A DNA stretch of 64,000 nt. It comes from Candidatus Nomurabacteria bacterium. GTDB taxonomy: Bacteria > Patescibacteriota > Minisyncoccia > Phycocordibacterales > UBA5272. The position numbers and the translations under genes were made by a program. The DNA lies in NCBI GenBank assembly GCA_028286645.1, contig JAQBRF010000004.1, positions 337,536 through 401,535 on the forward strand. The letters run 5' to 3'. Below, piece by piece: positions 25,832 to 35,468 of this stretch. A model generated the notes under the pieces. The model did not search any database. It saw only the letters and a program-made list of their open reading frames with translations, and was not told where the DNA came from. Every line of letters begins with the position of its first letter. Within the stretch, counting starts at the first letter, position 1.

Positions 25832-28051
25832 ATGAAACTACTCATAGTAGAAAGTCCATCAAAAGCGAAAACAATCTCTAAATATTTAGACGGCGCATAC
25901 GAAGTGCGTGCGTCTGTTGGACATGTGCGAGATCTTCCCAAGAGCAATAAAAAAGCTCTGGACATTGAAGGCGGCTTCGTTCCACACTACGAAGTCTCTC
26001 CGGGGAAAGAAAAAGTAATAGCCGAAATTAAATCCCTCGCAAAGAGATCAAACGAAGTAATACTCGCAACCGACCCCGATCGCGAAGGAGAAGCTATAGC
26101 GTGGCACATAAGAGAGGCTTGTAAATTAGACGGATCTAAGCGCGTAACATTTAACGAAATTACTCCGGAGGCTATTAAAGAAGCACTTAAACATCCTCGA
26201 GAAATCGATATGAATTTAAAGGAGGCGCAAGAAGCGCGAAGAGTGCTTGATCGATTGGTTGGATATGACCTATCCGGAATTATTTGGAAGAAAGTTAGAT
26301 ACGGACTTTCTGCTGGACGAGTGCAGTCTCCAGCGCTTCGCATTATCATGGAAAGAGAAAGAGAAATCCGCGCGTTTAATCCAGTTACTTATTATGTAAT
26401 AGCCGGTGAATTTATAACGGTCGGAAAAATGAAGGAGAGCAAGACATATACATTAATTTTAGAATGCGAAGAGCAGCCGAAAGTTAAGGGAGAAGCTGAT
26501 CGAATAGTAAAAGAAGGAAAGAACGGAACATGGGAAGTAGTAGGAGTTGAGAGCACGGAAGTATCTCGCTCCCCTCGCGCGCCTTTCACTACTTCGACTC
26601 TTCAGCAGACCGCATCGTCTCGCCTCGGGTTTGCTCCTAAGCGCACGATGATGATCGCACAAAAACTATATGAAAAAGGATTAATCACATACATGCGTAC
26701 TGACAGCACGACTCTTTCTGCTGTTGCGGTTAATGAAATTAAAAGTACGATCGAAAAAACATATGGAGGAGAGTTAGTAGAAATTAGACAATACAAAACT
26801 AAATCAAAAAATGCTCAGGAAGCCCACGAAGCAATAAGACCCACTCATGCAAGCTCGAGATCAGGCGGAAGCACAGACGATGAAAAAAGACTCTATTCAT
26901 TAATCTGGGAAAGAACAGTTGCCAGCCAAATGAAGGATGCGAAACTTAAGAGAAGCAAAGTCACTGCAAACATTCATACCAAAAGCATCCCTGACTTTTC
27001 CGTAACAGGATCAATTGTTGTGTCTCCCGGATGGCTGCTTGCAGATCCTAATGCTCGCGGAGATGATGTGATACTACCCGCGCTTAATAAAGGAGACCCG
27101 CTTAACTTAAAAGCCCTTCAAGCGATTGAAAAAGCAACAGAACCGCCGAACAGATATACCGAAGCTGGGCTTATTAAAGAGCTAGAAAAAAGAGGCATCG
27201 GACGACCTTCAACATACGCGTCTATCATTTCTACTATTGAAGACCGTGGGTATGTTGATAAATTAAACAAAGCCCTTCACCCGACAGATACCGGCGAAGT
27301 GGTTATTTCATTTTTAGAAGAGCATTTTACTAATTATATTTCTGATACGTTCACCGCTGAAATGGAAGACAAGCTTGATGATATAGCAGAAGGCAAAACA
27401 ACATACTTAAAAATATTAACTGATTTTTATAAACCATTCTTAAAAGATGTTAAATCAAAAGAAAAATTAGAGAAGGCTACAAACATGGGAGATGCTCCAG
27501 TTGATATTAAATGCCCTCTTTGTGAAAGTCCTATGGTTATTAAGCTTGCAAAAAATGGAAAGTTTTATTCATGTGCAAGGTTCCCGGATTGTATGGGCGC
27601 GAGAAAGTTAGATGGCTCTGTTATGGAAGGACCGAAGATGCTTGGAAAGGTTTGTCCTAAGTGTGAAAAGGGAGAATTAATGGAACGTGAAGGACGTTAT
27701 GGAAAGTTTATTGCATGTTCTAATTATCCAAAGTGTAAATATATTGAGCAAGACGAAGAATTAAGAAAAGCAAATTCTACTGGAGTATCGTGCAATAAAT
27801 GTAAAGATGGATATATGGAAGAAAGAAAAGGCCGGTTTGGTATATTTTATTCCTGTTCAAATTATCCTGATTGCAAACATATTATAAAAACACGGCCCAC
27901 GGGTAACAGATGTACATATAAAAAAGATGATGGAACAGAATGCGGCGAACTCATGATGGAAGGGACAAAAACGATTCCCGAGCGATGCAGTGATAAGACC
28001 TGCCCCAATCATAACCCTCACAAACTAGAGCAAGATAAAACTAAAAAATAA
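25832..28051 (+). CDS. topA: DNA topoisomerase I with C-terminal C4 zinc ribbons
   Basis: TOPRIM MKLLIVESPSKAK...ATDPDREGE. Topo IA core. Four CxxC...CxxC ribbons. Confidence 0.9.
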   Translation: MKLLIVESPSKAKTISKYLDGAYEVRASVGHVRDLPKSNKKALDIEGGFVPHYEVSPGKEKVIAEIKSLAKRSNEVILATDPDREGEAIAWHIREACKLDGSKRVTFNEITPEAIKEALKHPREIDMNLKEAQEARRVLDRLVGYDLSGIIWKKVRYGLSAGRVQSPALRIIMEREREIRAFNPVTYYVIAGEFITVGKMKESKTYTLILECEEQPKVKGEADRIVKEGKNGTWEVVGVESTEVSRSPRAPFTTSTLQQTASSRLGFAPKRTMMIAQKLYEKGLITYMRTDSTTLSAVAVNEIKSTIEKTYGGELVEIRQYKTKSKNAQEAHEAIRPTHASSRSGGSTDDEKRLYSLIWERTVASQMKDAKLKRSKVTANIHTKSIPDFSVTGSIVVSPGWLLADPNARGDDVILPALNKGDPLNLKALQAIEKATEPPNRYTEAGLIKELEKRGIGRPSTYASIISTIEDRGYVDKLNKALHPTDTGEVVISFLEEHFTNYISDTFTAEMEDKLDDIAEGKTTYLKILTDFYKPFLKDVKSKEKLEKATNMGDAPVDIKCPLCESPMVIKLAKNGKFYSCARFPDCMGARKLDGSVMEGPKMLGKVCPKCEKGELMEREGRYGKFIACSNYPKCKYIEQDEELRKANSTGVSCNKCKDGYMEERKGRFGIFYSCSNYPDCKHIIKTRPTGNRCTYKKDDGTECGELMMEGTKTIPERCSDKTCPNHNPHKLEQDKTKK

Positions 28052-28290
28052 TAGCTCGGGAAAGCGACCAACCTGCTTTGGTTGCGTTCGTTTTTGTCGG
28101 GCGGAGCGTTATGAGGTGAGCACGCCGAATTGCGAGCCGAGGGTGATTAGCAAATCATGCCGTGAGGCCAAAGCGAACTTTTTGAGTGGCTACGAAAAAA
28201 GATTTGTAGTCAAAGACCATACCTGAACGATGTAGCGACAAAATCTGTCCGAATCACAATCCACACAAGTTAGAAATAGTAAAGAAATAA
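28052..28290 (+). mobile_element. family E miniature element + diverged duplicate of topA 3' end
   Basis: Body holds 'gtcgggcggagcgttatgagg'. 28205-28290, ending '...tgtccgaatcacaatccacacaagttagaaatagtaaagaaataa', mirrors the last ~75 nt of topA and its stop codon. Confidence 0.6.
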
Positions 28291-28439
28291 GAGAGGAATT
28301 AGTGAGTACTTGACAAAGTTAATACCAATGGTTAGTGTACTAGCAGGACAGCATGTGCTGCCTCCCTTGCTCCGGGAATGGAGTTGGAAGGAGAAGTACC
28401 TTGGATAATACCACCCCGCTTTATGCCATCCCTTTTGAG

Positions 28440-29066
28440 ATGGTTGCTCTAAAGAGCAAGTTCGAAACCCTGCGCTACGGCGTGGAGAGTCTCGGATTGG
28501 GAACTATCGATATCCGAATGGCTCATTACAACACAGATGCCAGGGCGGATGAAGATAACATGGCCGACTGGATGTTGATAGTCTGCTCCGACGCTCGCGG
28601 GGAAGAGATTGCGGTAATGTACTTTCTTACCCAACTTTATCCCGACGAAGATCGCAATGAGACGTACGCATCGGTGGATGCTCATCAACTCCGATTCGAG
28701 AAGCTCTTCGCGAAACCTCATCAGCTTAGTTGGGATGAGGCCTATAAGCGTATAAAGCGCGCGTATGGCTGGCTTGCAAAGGATAAGGACCCTCGATTCG
28801 CTAATTTTCCTGAACCTCAATATATGGTGGTAACGCACCTTAGTTTTGGATTCGGTGAAAAAATGCTGAGTAATTGCGAAGGCCCCTACCAAAAAGAGCT
28901 CGCCGATATACGCTTAAAAGATTTGCAGAGCGAGTATAAGCGCTTTGCTGATCTTACAGCTTCGGCGGAAGGGAAGGATACCCCGATGATGAATTTCGTC
29001 GCGGAGGTAATCCCAATCTCTTTACCGCAAAAGCTTGCGCTATTAGCTGTCGAAAAGTCGACATAA
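28440..29066 (+). CDS. GC-rich hypothetical protein
   Basis: ORF in the GC-rich segment. Start uncertain between 28353 and 28440. Confidence 0.4.
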   Translation: MVALKSKFETLRYGVESLGLGTIDIRMAHYNTDARADEDNMADWMLIVCSDARGEEIAVMYFLTQLYPDEDRNETYASVDAHQLRFEKLFAKPHQLSWDEAYKRIKRAYGWLAKDKDPRFANFPEPQYMVVTHLSFGFGEKMLSNCEGPYQKELADIRLKDLQSEYKRFADLTASAEGKDTPMMNFVAEVIPISLPQKLALLAVEKST

Positions 29067-29196
29067 AACCCTTTCGCCATTCTCTTCGGCGTGTAGATGA
29101 GATAGGGAAGCAATCTCCGAATTAGAATTGCGCATGACCAGATTTAATCTGGTCTTTTTTCTTCCCATATACTTCTATTTCTGTTACTGTAAATAA

Positions 29197-30681
29197 ATGG
29201 GAAAGATTCCAGTTGTTAATACAAATCCAGAGCGAATTTTTGCACTTCTTCCAGGAATAACGCATGAAGACAAAGAAAAAATTGTTAAAGCCTGTAAGTT
29301 TGCAGAAAAGGCTCATAGCGGACAATTAAGAAAGTCCGGTGAGCCATATTATAACCATGTCTTTATGACGGGATTGAACTTGGCAGTACTAAAAATGGAT
29401 AGCGATACCATCGCCGCCGGGATACTGCATGACGTGTTAGAAGACACTGAAGTAACAGATGAAGAATTAAAGAACGAGTTTGGAGAAAATATTTTAAATT
29501 TAGTGCAAGGAGTGACGAAGCTCGCCAAACTTCGCTATTCAGGTGCGGAGCGGCACGTCGAATCACTTCGTAAATTCTTCATCGCTATGGCGGACGATAT
29601 ACGAGTAGTCGTTATTAAACTATGCGACCGACTCCATAATATAGAAACTCTTCAATATGTTTCACCAGAAAAACAAAAGAGGATTGCTCTTGAGACACTG
29701 GAGATACACGCGCGTCTAGCAGACCGACTCGGTATGGGGCGTCTTAAATCTCAATTAGAAGACGCGGCATTCCCCTATGTGTATCCAGAAGAATACAAAA
29801 AAACAATTGAATTTTTTGAAACAATGAAGCCTGTTTCTGATGAGCAATTTGAAAAGGTTGTCGCCTCTTTAAAAGAAGAGCTCTCAATATTTGATGTAGA
29901 AATTGAAAGAATAGACTATCGGGTAAAACATTTATATAGTCTATGGCTGAAATTAAAAAGATACAGGATGGATACTTCCAAGGTACATGACGTCTTAGCC
30001 CTTCGTATCATCGTGCCTACGCCAACTGACTGTTATCAAGCTCTCGGCGTGATCCACGGCCTTTATAGGCCGGTTCCTACTAGATTTAAGGATTACATCG
30101 CAGTACCGAAACCAAATGGTTACAGATCGCTTCATACAACTGTTTTTACTGGAGACGGAAGTACACTTGAAATACAAATCAGAACCCAGGAAATGCATAA
30201 CGAAGCTGAGTACGGTATCGCATCACACTTAACATATAAAGAACTTGGCAAGAATTTAAGCAAAGAAGAAATTATAAAGAAAACAGGATGGACCAAAGAA
30301 CTCTTAGAATGGCAAAAGGACGTGGCGCACCATAAAGATTTCTTAACTAACCTACGAAATGATTTTTTTCAAAATCGCGTGTTTGTCCTCACGCCATTAG
30401 GCGATGTGATTGATCTTCCCGAAGGATCTACACCGATAGACTTTGCCTATGCTGTTCACTCAGACATCGGAGACCATACAGCCGGTGCAAAAGTAAATGG
30501 TAAGATGGCTCCTTTAAATACGATTCTTCAAAATCGCGATGTGGTGGAAATTGATGTAAAAGAAAGTGCCTCACCTAAAAGAAAGTGGATTGATATGGCT
30601 CGCACAACATTAGCTAAAAGAAAAATCAGAAATTATATAAAGGAGCATGGAAATCCGCTGGAGCGACTGCTTACTAGATAG
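29197..30681 (+). CDS. rel: (p)ppGpp synthetase/hydrolase Rel/SpoT homolog (HD + synthetase + TGS, no ACT)
   Basis: HD motif HSGQLRKSGEPYYNHV...ILHDVLEDT. Synthetase motif LRIIVPTPTDCYQALGVIHGLY...YRSLHTTV. TGS region VFVLTPLGDVIDLPEGSTPIDFAYAVHS. Confidence 0.85.
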   Translation: MGKIPVVNTNPERIFALLPGITHEDKEKIVKACKFAEKAHSGQLRKSGEPYYNHVFMTGLNLAVLKMDSDTIAAGILHDVLEDTEVTDEELKNEFGENILNLVQGVTKLAKLRYSGAERHVESLRKFFIAMADDIRVVVIKLCDRLHNIETLQYVSPEKQKRIALETLEIHARLADRLGMGRLKSQLEDAAFPYVYPEEYKKTIEFFETMKPVSDEQFEKVVASLKEELSIFDVEIERIDYRVKHLYSLWLKLKRYRMDTSKVHDVLALRIIVPTPTDCYQALGVIHGLYRPVPTRFKDYIAVPKPNGYRSLHTTVFTGDGSTLEIQIRTQEMHNEAEYGIASHLTYKELGKNLSKEEIIKKTGWTKELLEWQKDVAHHKDFLTNLRNDFFQNRVFVLTPLGDVIDLPEGSTPIDFAYAVHSDIGDHTAGAKVNGKMAPLNTILQNRDVVEIDVKESASPKRKWIDMARTTLAKRKIRNYIKEHGNPLERLLTR

Positions 30682-30784
30682 TATTTGAAGTGATAAATTC
30701 TAGGATTTAGGCAAGCTAACCATAAACTTGACATTTGTATAATATAATGTAACCTTTAATTAAACCTTCATGAATGGAGTTTCT

Positions 30785-31081
30785 ATGAGTACCCATGACA
30801 GCCTGCAGTATGTCCTGATCATCATCTTTTCGCTGGCCGTTTTCTTGGGGCGATTTGAGGGATTTTTCTCTCCAGGGTTAAGTGACTTTAGGAGGACTTC
30901 TTCTGCACAAGAGATATTGATCTTCGTTATTGGATACCTGGGATTGGGGATGATGAATCTCGGATTTAGCGATCCGTTCAGCAAAGCTCCTGGCCCTCCT
31001 GTATCGGCGATCATTATTACTCTTACTATTTCGCTTTTGGCATTGCTATACATGCCGAAAGAACTACAAGAGACGACATAG
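30785..31081 (+). CDS. small membrane protein
   Basis: GGAG 8 nt upstream of the ATG. Two hydrophobic helices. A terminator follows. Chosen over antisense ORF 30760-31053. Confidence 0.45.
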   Translation: MSTHDSLQYVLIIIFSLAVFLGRFEGFFSPGLSDFRRTSSAQEILIFVIGYLGLGMMNLGFSDPFSKAPGPPVSAIIITLTISLLALLYMPKELQETT

Positions 31082-31087
31082 CTGAAA

Positions 31088-31124
31088 ACACGCAGAGAAC
31101 CTGCGTGCTTATTTTATTTATTTT
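31088..31124 (+). terminator. rho-independent terminator
   Basis: CACGCAGagaacCTGCGTG followed by CTTATTTTATTTATTTT. Confidence 0.7.
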
Positions 31125-31216
31125 CCTATATAAATGTATGGTGATGAATAAATTTCATAGCCAAATTTGTAAATTCATATTTTATGATAAAAAGTACATC
31201 AATGAATTTAAACTCT

Positions 31217-32368
31217 TTATACTGTAAAGTTTTTTACACTATAAAGATCTTCTTCCTGCTCATCTCCCTTCACTTCTTCGAGAGATCTATCATCTAGCGC
31301 CACTTCATTTTCTTCTATACTGTCTTGCTCTACAGCTTCGCTTCCTGATTCAAAATTAACAGCACTCGGAGCATTTTCAATCTCGTCGAGTGTTTCTTTA
31401 GGAATTTCCATAATTAATTCTTCCTTTCCTAAATGAGTAAATCCAGTTACCGCAGGCACTTCCCGCGGACTTTCTCCTTGCTCTTTAAGCATTTCAATAT
31501 CCTCTTCTTTTAATTTATCAAACATCCCCTTATGAGTTTTATTTTCTCCAGCTTTTCGTATTGCCAAAGAAAGAGCCAGCAATTCTTCGTGAGAAAAATA
31601 ATCAATCCAAATACGTCCACCACGCTCGCGGGGTTCTATCTGCACGCGAGTACCGAGCGATTCGGCCAATCTTTCTTCCATATCTACTACTTCTGGAGTC
31701 ATAAAGAAATCCTTTTTACGGACTTTTTCGAATGCGATGCGACGTGCAATAGCTTCAGCCTCACGCACAGTCATCTTTCTCACCATCATTTCTTTAAATA
31801 GCGTCATCTGCTCTTGTGGACGATCTATTAGCATAAGAAGCGGCCTGGTGTGTCCTTCCGTTATCTGGCCTTTTGAAAGCGCATCTAAGATATCTTGCGG
31901 AAGCATGAGTATGCGCACCGTGTTTGATACATATTCTCGGCTCTTCCCTACTTTTCTTCCTACTTCAGCAAGGGAAATTTTAAATTCATCTGCCAATCTC
32001 TGGAATGATTGTGCGCGCTCAACCGCATTTAAATCTTCACGCTGCAGGTTTTCAATAATAGCAAGTTCTAATTTCGCACGGCTATCATCTCCCACACGCA
32101 CGACCACAGGCACCTGATCAAGTCCGGCGAGTTTTGATGCGCGAAGCCTTCTTTCTCCAGCGATAAGCTCGTACTCCACTTTTACACCTCCATCATCTAG
32201 TACAGTTTGAGTGCGAGAAACCACAAGAGGCTGAAGTACTCCGTATTGGCGGATGCTGTCTGATAATTCTTTTAATCGGTCTTGATCAAATTCCCGTCTG
32301 GGTTGATACGGGTTCGGTACTATCTTATCTATTTCTATCCAAAAAATTGAGCTTTCAGTTTGTCCCAT
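31217..32368 (-). CDS. parB: ParB/Spo0J-family partition protein with acidic C-terminal extension
   Basis: IEIDKIVPNPYQPRREFD and LIAGERRLRASKLAGL ParB boxes. Confidence 0.8.
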   Translation of the reverse strand: MGQTESSIFWIEIDKIVPNPYQPRREFDQDRLKELSDSIRQYGVLQPLVVSRTQTVLDDGGVKVEYELIAGERRLRASKLAGLDQVPVVVRVGDDSRAKLELAIIENLQREDLNAVERAQSFQRLADEFKISLAEVGRKVGKSREYVSNTVRILMLPQDILDALSKGQITEGHTRPLLMLIDRPQEQMTLFKEMMVRKMTVREAEAIARRIAFEKVRKKDFFMTPEVVDMEERLAESLGTRVQIEPRERGGRIWIDYFSHEELLALSLAIRKAGENKTHKGMFDKLKEEDIEMLKEQGESPREVPAVTGFTHLGKEELIMEIPKETLDEIENAPSAVNFESGSEAVEQDSIEENEVALDDRSLEEVKGDEQEEDLYSVKNFTV

Positions 32369-32671
32369 AAATGTTTAATGAGAAAAGTATAACACGCTGT
32401 AAATCATATTGAGATAGAGCCAAATATATAAGTTTGCTACACTCTTTCTATAATGGAAACTATTAAAAGAAGTACGAAGGATGCAAGAATAAATGTATTT
32501 ATTGGAGGAAAAGAAGTAGAGATAGCCTTTTTTATAGTTAACTTCTTAAAAATATGGGCATGTGTCGGAGGATAGTACCTTCCAGAACTTTATAGCTATT
32601 CACTCTATGTTAAGAAATGTATAGCAAGGCTTAAATGAATAACAACGAGAGGATGTTAAACTCAGTAAATA

Positions 32672-33253
32672 ATGCTTGAATATAAAATATTTTTTGCACT
32701 TGTTGCGTCCGCATTCGAAATCATTGCCAACTTTCCGTATATTCTGGACATACTTGCAAGAAAAACCACTCCTCATTTTTTTACATGGCTTATTTGGACC
32801 CTGCTCACATGGATTAGTTTTTTTATTCTTGTTTCGGAAGGGGCAGGCACGGGGGCTTTGGTAACCGGAGTGACTGCAGTTACATGTTTAGGAATACTTA
32901 CTCTGTCATTATTTTATGGAGCAAGGAAAATAACAACATCTGATTGGATATGCCTTATTCTTGCTTTTTTTGCTCTAGCCCTATGGAAAATTACTAATAA
33001 TGGATTTTTAGCAATAATTATAATTGTTATTGTTGACACCCTTGGCTTTATACCTACTTTTAGAAAGTCATTCCTAGAACCATATAAGGAAACCTTATCT
33101 ACTTATCTTCTTGTAACCTGTAAACACCTTCTCACATTATTTGCACTTCAGATGTACACACCCACAACCATTCTTTACCCAGCTATTCTTTTCTTAACAA
33201 ATTTTTTATTTGTTATTATGCTTATCATAAGACGAAAGAAAATTGTTGTTTAG
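32672..33253 (+). CDS. hypothetical polytopic membrane protein
   Basis: 193 aa with 5-6 predicted TM helices. Confidence 0.5.
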   Translation: MLEYKIFFALVASAFEIIANFPYILDILARKTTPHFFTWLIWTLLTWISFFILVSEGAGTGALVTGVTAVTCLGILTLSLFYGARKITTSDWICLILAFFALALWKITNNGFLAIIIIVIVDTLGFIPTFRKSFLEPYKETLSTYLLVTCKHLLTLFALQMYTPTTILYPAILFLTNFLFVIMLIIRRKKIVV

Positions 33254-33618
33254 GTGCCGGAGGAGAGACTGGTCACGAAATCAGCTCCTCACTTCGTTTG
33301 TCACAGATGATTTCTCGACCCCTATTCAAGTCTCCGCAAGCCAAGCAGTTGGCTTGCTCTCAATTCCAATATAGTGAATTAAAAAACAAGAGAAAAACTC
33401 TTGTTTTTTAATTCATGTGCCGGAGGAGAGACTTGGCTACAAGTTTTCTCTCGTCGCCACTCAAGAAACTCGCAGCCCACCCCTCGTGGTTTTGCTTGCT
33501 AACAAAACATCACTGCGGCCCTTCAAGTTCTCACGTAAAACGCGCAGGCGCTTTACTCTCCTTGTACAGTGTTTAAATAAAAATACCGAGACGAGCTCGG
33601 TATTTTTATTTAAACATG
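33254..33618 (-). mobile_element. array of miniature elements (family F + family E) with reiterated tRNA-Leu(CAA) 3'-end fragments
   Basis: Fragments 'gtgccggaggagagact' at 33254-33272 and 33417-33436 copy the tRNA 3' end at 33619-33637. Family F body with 'tctccgcaagccaagcagttggcttgct' and hairpin 33375-33416. Family E body 33437-33569. 21-bp hairpin 33570-33616. Confidence 0.6.
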
Positions 33619-33699
33619 TGCCGGAGGAGAGACTTGAACTCTCACACCTTTCGATACACGATTTTGAGTCGTGCGCGTCTACCATTCCGCCACTCCGGC
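33619..33699 (-). tRNA. tRNA-Leu (anticodon CAA)
   Basis: Revcomp GCCGGAGTGGCGGAATGGTAGACGCGCACGACTCAAAATCGTG... with a long variable arm. Anticodon loop CUCAAAA. Confidence 0.85.
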
Positions 33700-33845
33700 A
33701 AGTTTAATTATTCTAGCACGACTAATATTAATTTTTTTAAATAATCCTTACATCTATTGACTTTCCTTACAAATATGATATAGTTAAGCTAAATGGGCAC
33801 CTGCTCATTGTAATGCTTTACAACGGCTCAAGGAGGCCAATAAAC

Positions 33846-34979
33846 ATGACCACCAACATTCCTGCTCCCTCGGGCGCTTTCGTGGGATCGATCGATCGTT
33901 CCGGTTCTCGCGCGGGCGAAGAAAAGGCCATGGTCCTGGCATGGAACGCATTCATGGCGAACATGAAAAAAGACCCGCTGGGCCAAAACATGCGCGGCCG
34001 CATATCGATGTGGGACAATATGGGCACCGACATCCTCCGTCAAGGAGTTTTCTCGGAGATCAAACCGCTCACAAACGGCGAGATCGAAGCCCGGGCGCTC
34101 ACTCCGCTTTACGACAACGTAATGTTCGCGATTCAGATCCTCGACGAGATGGAAGGCGCTCGAAAAGCGCTCGTCATCGACACCGACGGTCTGGAGAACT
34201 ACTCTCAAAAGTGGAAGGATGTCGCTCCAGTCCGGGCGGAAATCGAAAAACGTCGCGAGCAAGGCTGGCTCGTCATCTACCTCGCGAAGAATATAGACGC
34301 GTGGAAGGTGGCGGAGGAGCTCGGCATCCCGAAAGAAAACGCGATGAACTACCGCAATACCGGCGCCGCGGCGCCGCATAGCGGAGGCTTACTGAGCCGT
34401 TTTCGTAACCATGTGGCAGAACACCCCATGGGCTACGCGCTCGGCGCGACTGCTGCGCTCGTCGGCGCTTACATGCTGCTCCGTCCGGGGCAATCGCATG
34501 GCGCACTCGGCTTCACTGATTCGGATCGCAATAACGCGATGGGCGTAGACGGCGTCAGCCAAACCTGGCAGAACGCAGTGGCAGACGATGCGAGCGGGTT
34601 CAGAGAGCCGATCAACCACTTCATGGACCTGCCAACGAATCTACAGGAAGCGTACGTCGGGCTCCCTGAAGATTTCGACCCGCTCCTCGGCTCGATGAAC
34701 GAAGACGGAACTCAGCCGGGTCTCCTCGATCCGAATGAAGATGTCCTCGATGCAACGGATGCCGAAAGCTTGGCTAACGGTGAATATGCCGAGGCTGGTC
34801 AAGGTGAATCCAACGCGACCGAGGACACACCGAGACAAGGAAACGTGTCGGGAAATGATCGCGAAGAACAAGGGGCCGACGCGGACCCTGACCCACTTCC
34901 CGAGGAATCGAACGACTCGGTGAGTATTGACGCAGACTACGGCGGCGGTGGTGGTGGTGGAGACATCGGGGGCGACTGA
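33846..34979 (+). CDS. GC-rich hypothetical protein with acidic tail ending in poly-Gly
   Basis: AGGAGG RBS 9 nt before the ATG (MTTNIPAPSG). C-terminal DADYGGGGGGGDIGGD. Confidence 0.55.
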   Translation: MTTNIPAPSGAFVGSIDRSGSRAGEEKAMVLAWNAFMANMKKDPLGQNMRGRISMWDNMGTDILRQGVFSEIKPLTNGEIEARALTPLYDNVMFAIQILDEMEGARKALVIDTDGLENYSQKWKDVAPVRAEIEKRREQGWLVIYLAKNIDAWKVAEELGIPKENAMNYRNTGAAAPHSGGLLSRFRNHVAEHPMGYALGATAALVGAYMLLRPGQSHGALGFTDSDRNNAMGVDGVSQTWQNAVADDASGFREPINHFMDLPTNLQEAYVGLPEDFDPLLGSMNEDGTQPGLLDPNEDVLDATDAESLANGEYAEAGQGESNATEDTPRQGNVSGNDREEQGADADPDPLPEESNDSVSIDADYGGGGGGGDIGGD

Positions 34980-35063
34980 GAATCGCCTCGACGTCACGAC
35001 GTAAAGCAAGAAAGTCAACCGTCCACAAGGCGTAAGCTGAGTGGGCGGTTTTTTTATTAATAA

Positions 35064-35456
35064 TTATCTCCCCTCTAGTGTATTTATCTCCGCAATTGTT
35101 ATTCCTCCTAAATATCCGGTTGCAGTAATTCCATTTGCTTTCTGGAATTTCTTAAGTGCTAATTGAGTTTTTATACCAAAATAATCTGATTCTTTTCCGG
35201 GTGCTCCGTTACCTGATGAGGCAACTTGATAACCGTGCATATTTAAATATATCTGCAGACTTCTAACATCTTCCCCTTTTGCTCCTAAAGATAAAGGCCT
35301 TTTAAAATTAAAGTTCTCAGTCTGGCTAACGGTTATTTGTGTACTGGTTGCGTTTGTCGGAGAAACGGTTACAGCTACTCCAGAAATAGTACTAGTTTGC
35401 GCACTTGCAACACTTATAATTCCTAATGCAATTAAAATAAATATTCCTTTTTTCAT
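35064..35456 (-). CDS. secreted peptidoglycan-binding domain protein
   Basis: Signal peptide. PG_binding_1-like region GAKGEDVRSLQIYLNMHGY...FGIKTQLALKKFQKANGITATGYLG. Confidence 0.7.
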   Translation of the reverse strand: MKKGIFILIALGIISVASAQTSTISGVAVTVSPTNATSTQITVSQTENFNFKRPLSLGAKGEDVRSLQIYLNMHGYQVASSGNGAPGKESDYFGIKTQLALKKFQKANGITATGYLGGITIAEINTLEGR

Positions 35457-35468
35457 GCATTAATTATA

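Noticed and set aside
30760-31053. Minus ORF overlapping the small membrane protein 30785-31081
   Set aside because: The plus frame has an RBS, TM helices and a downstream terminator. The minus frame has none.
33818-35028. Multiple minus- and plus-strand overlapping ORFs within 33846-34979
   Set aside because: These are GC-rich off-frame artefacts. The plus frame that starts at the AGGAGG RBS is the only one with a coherent domain-like composition.
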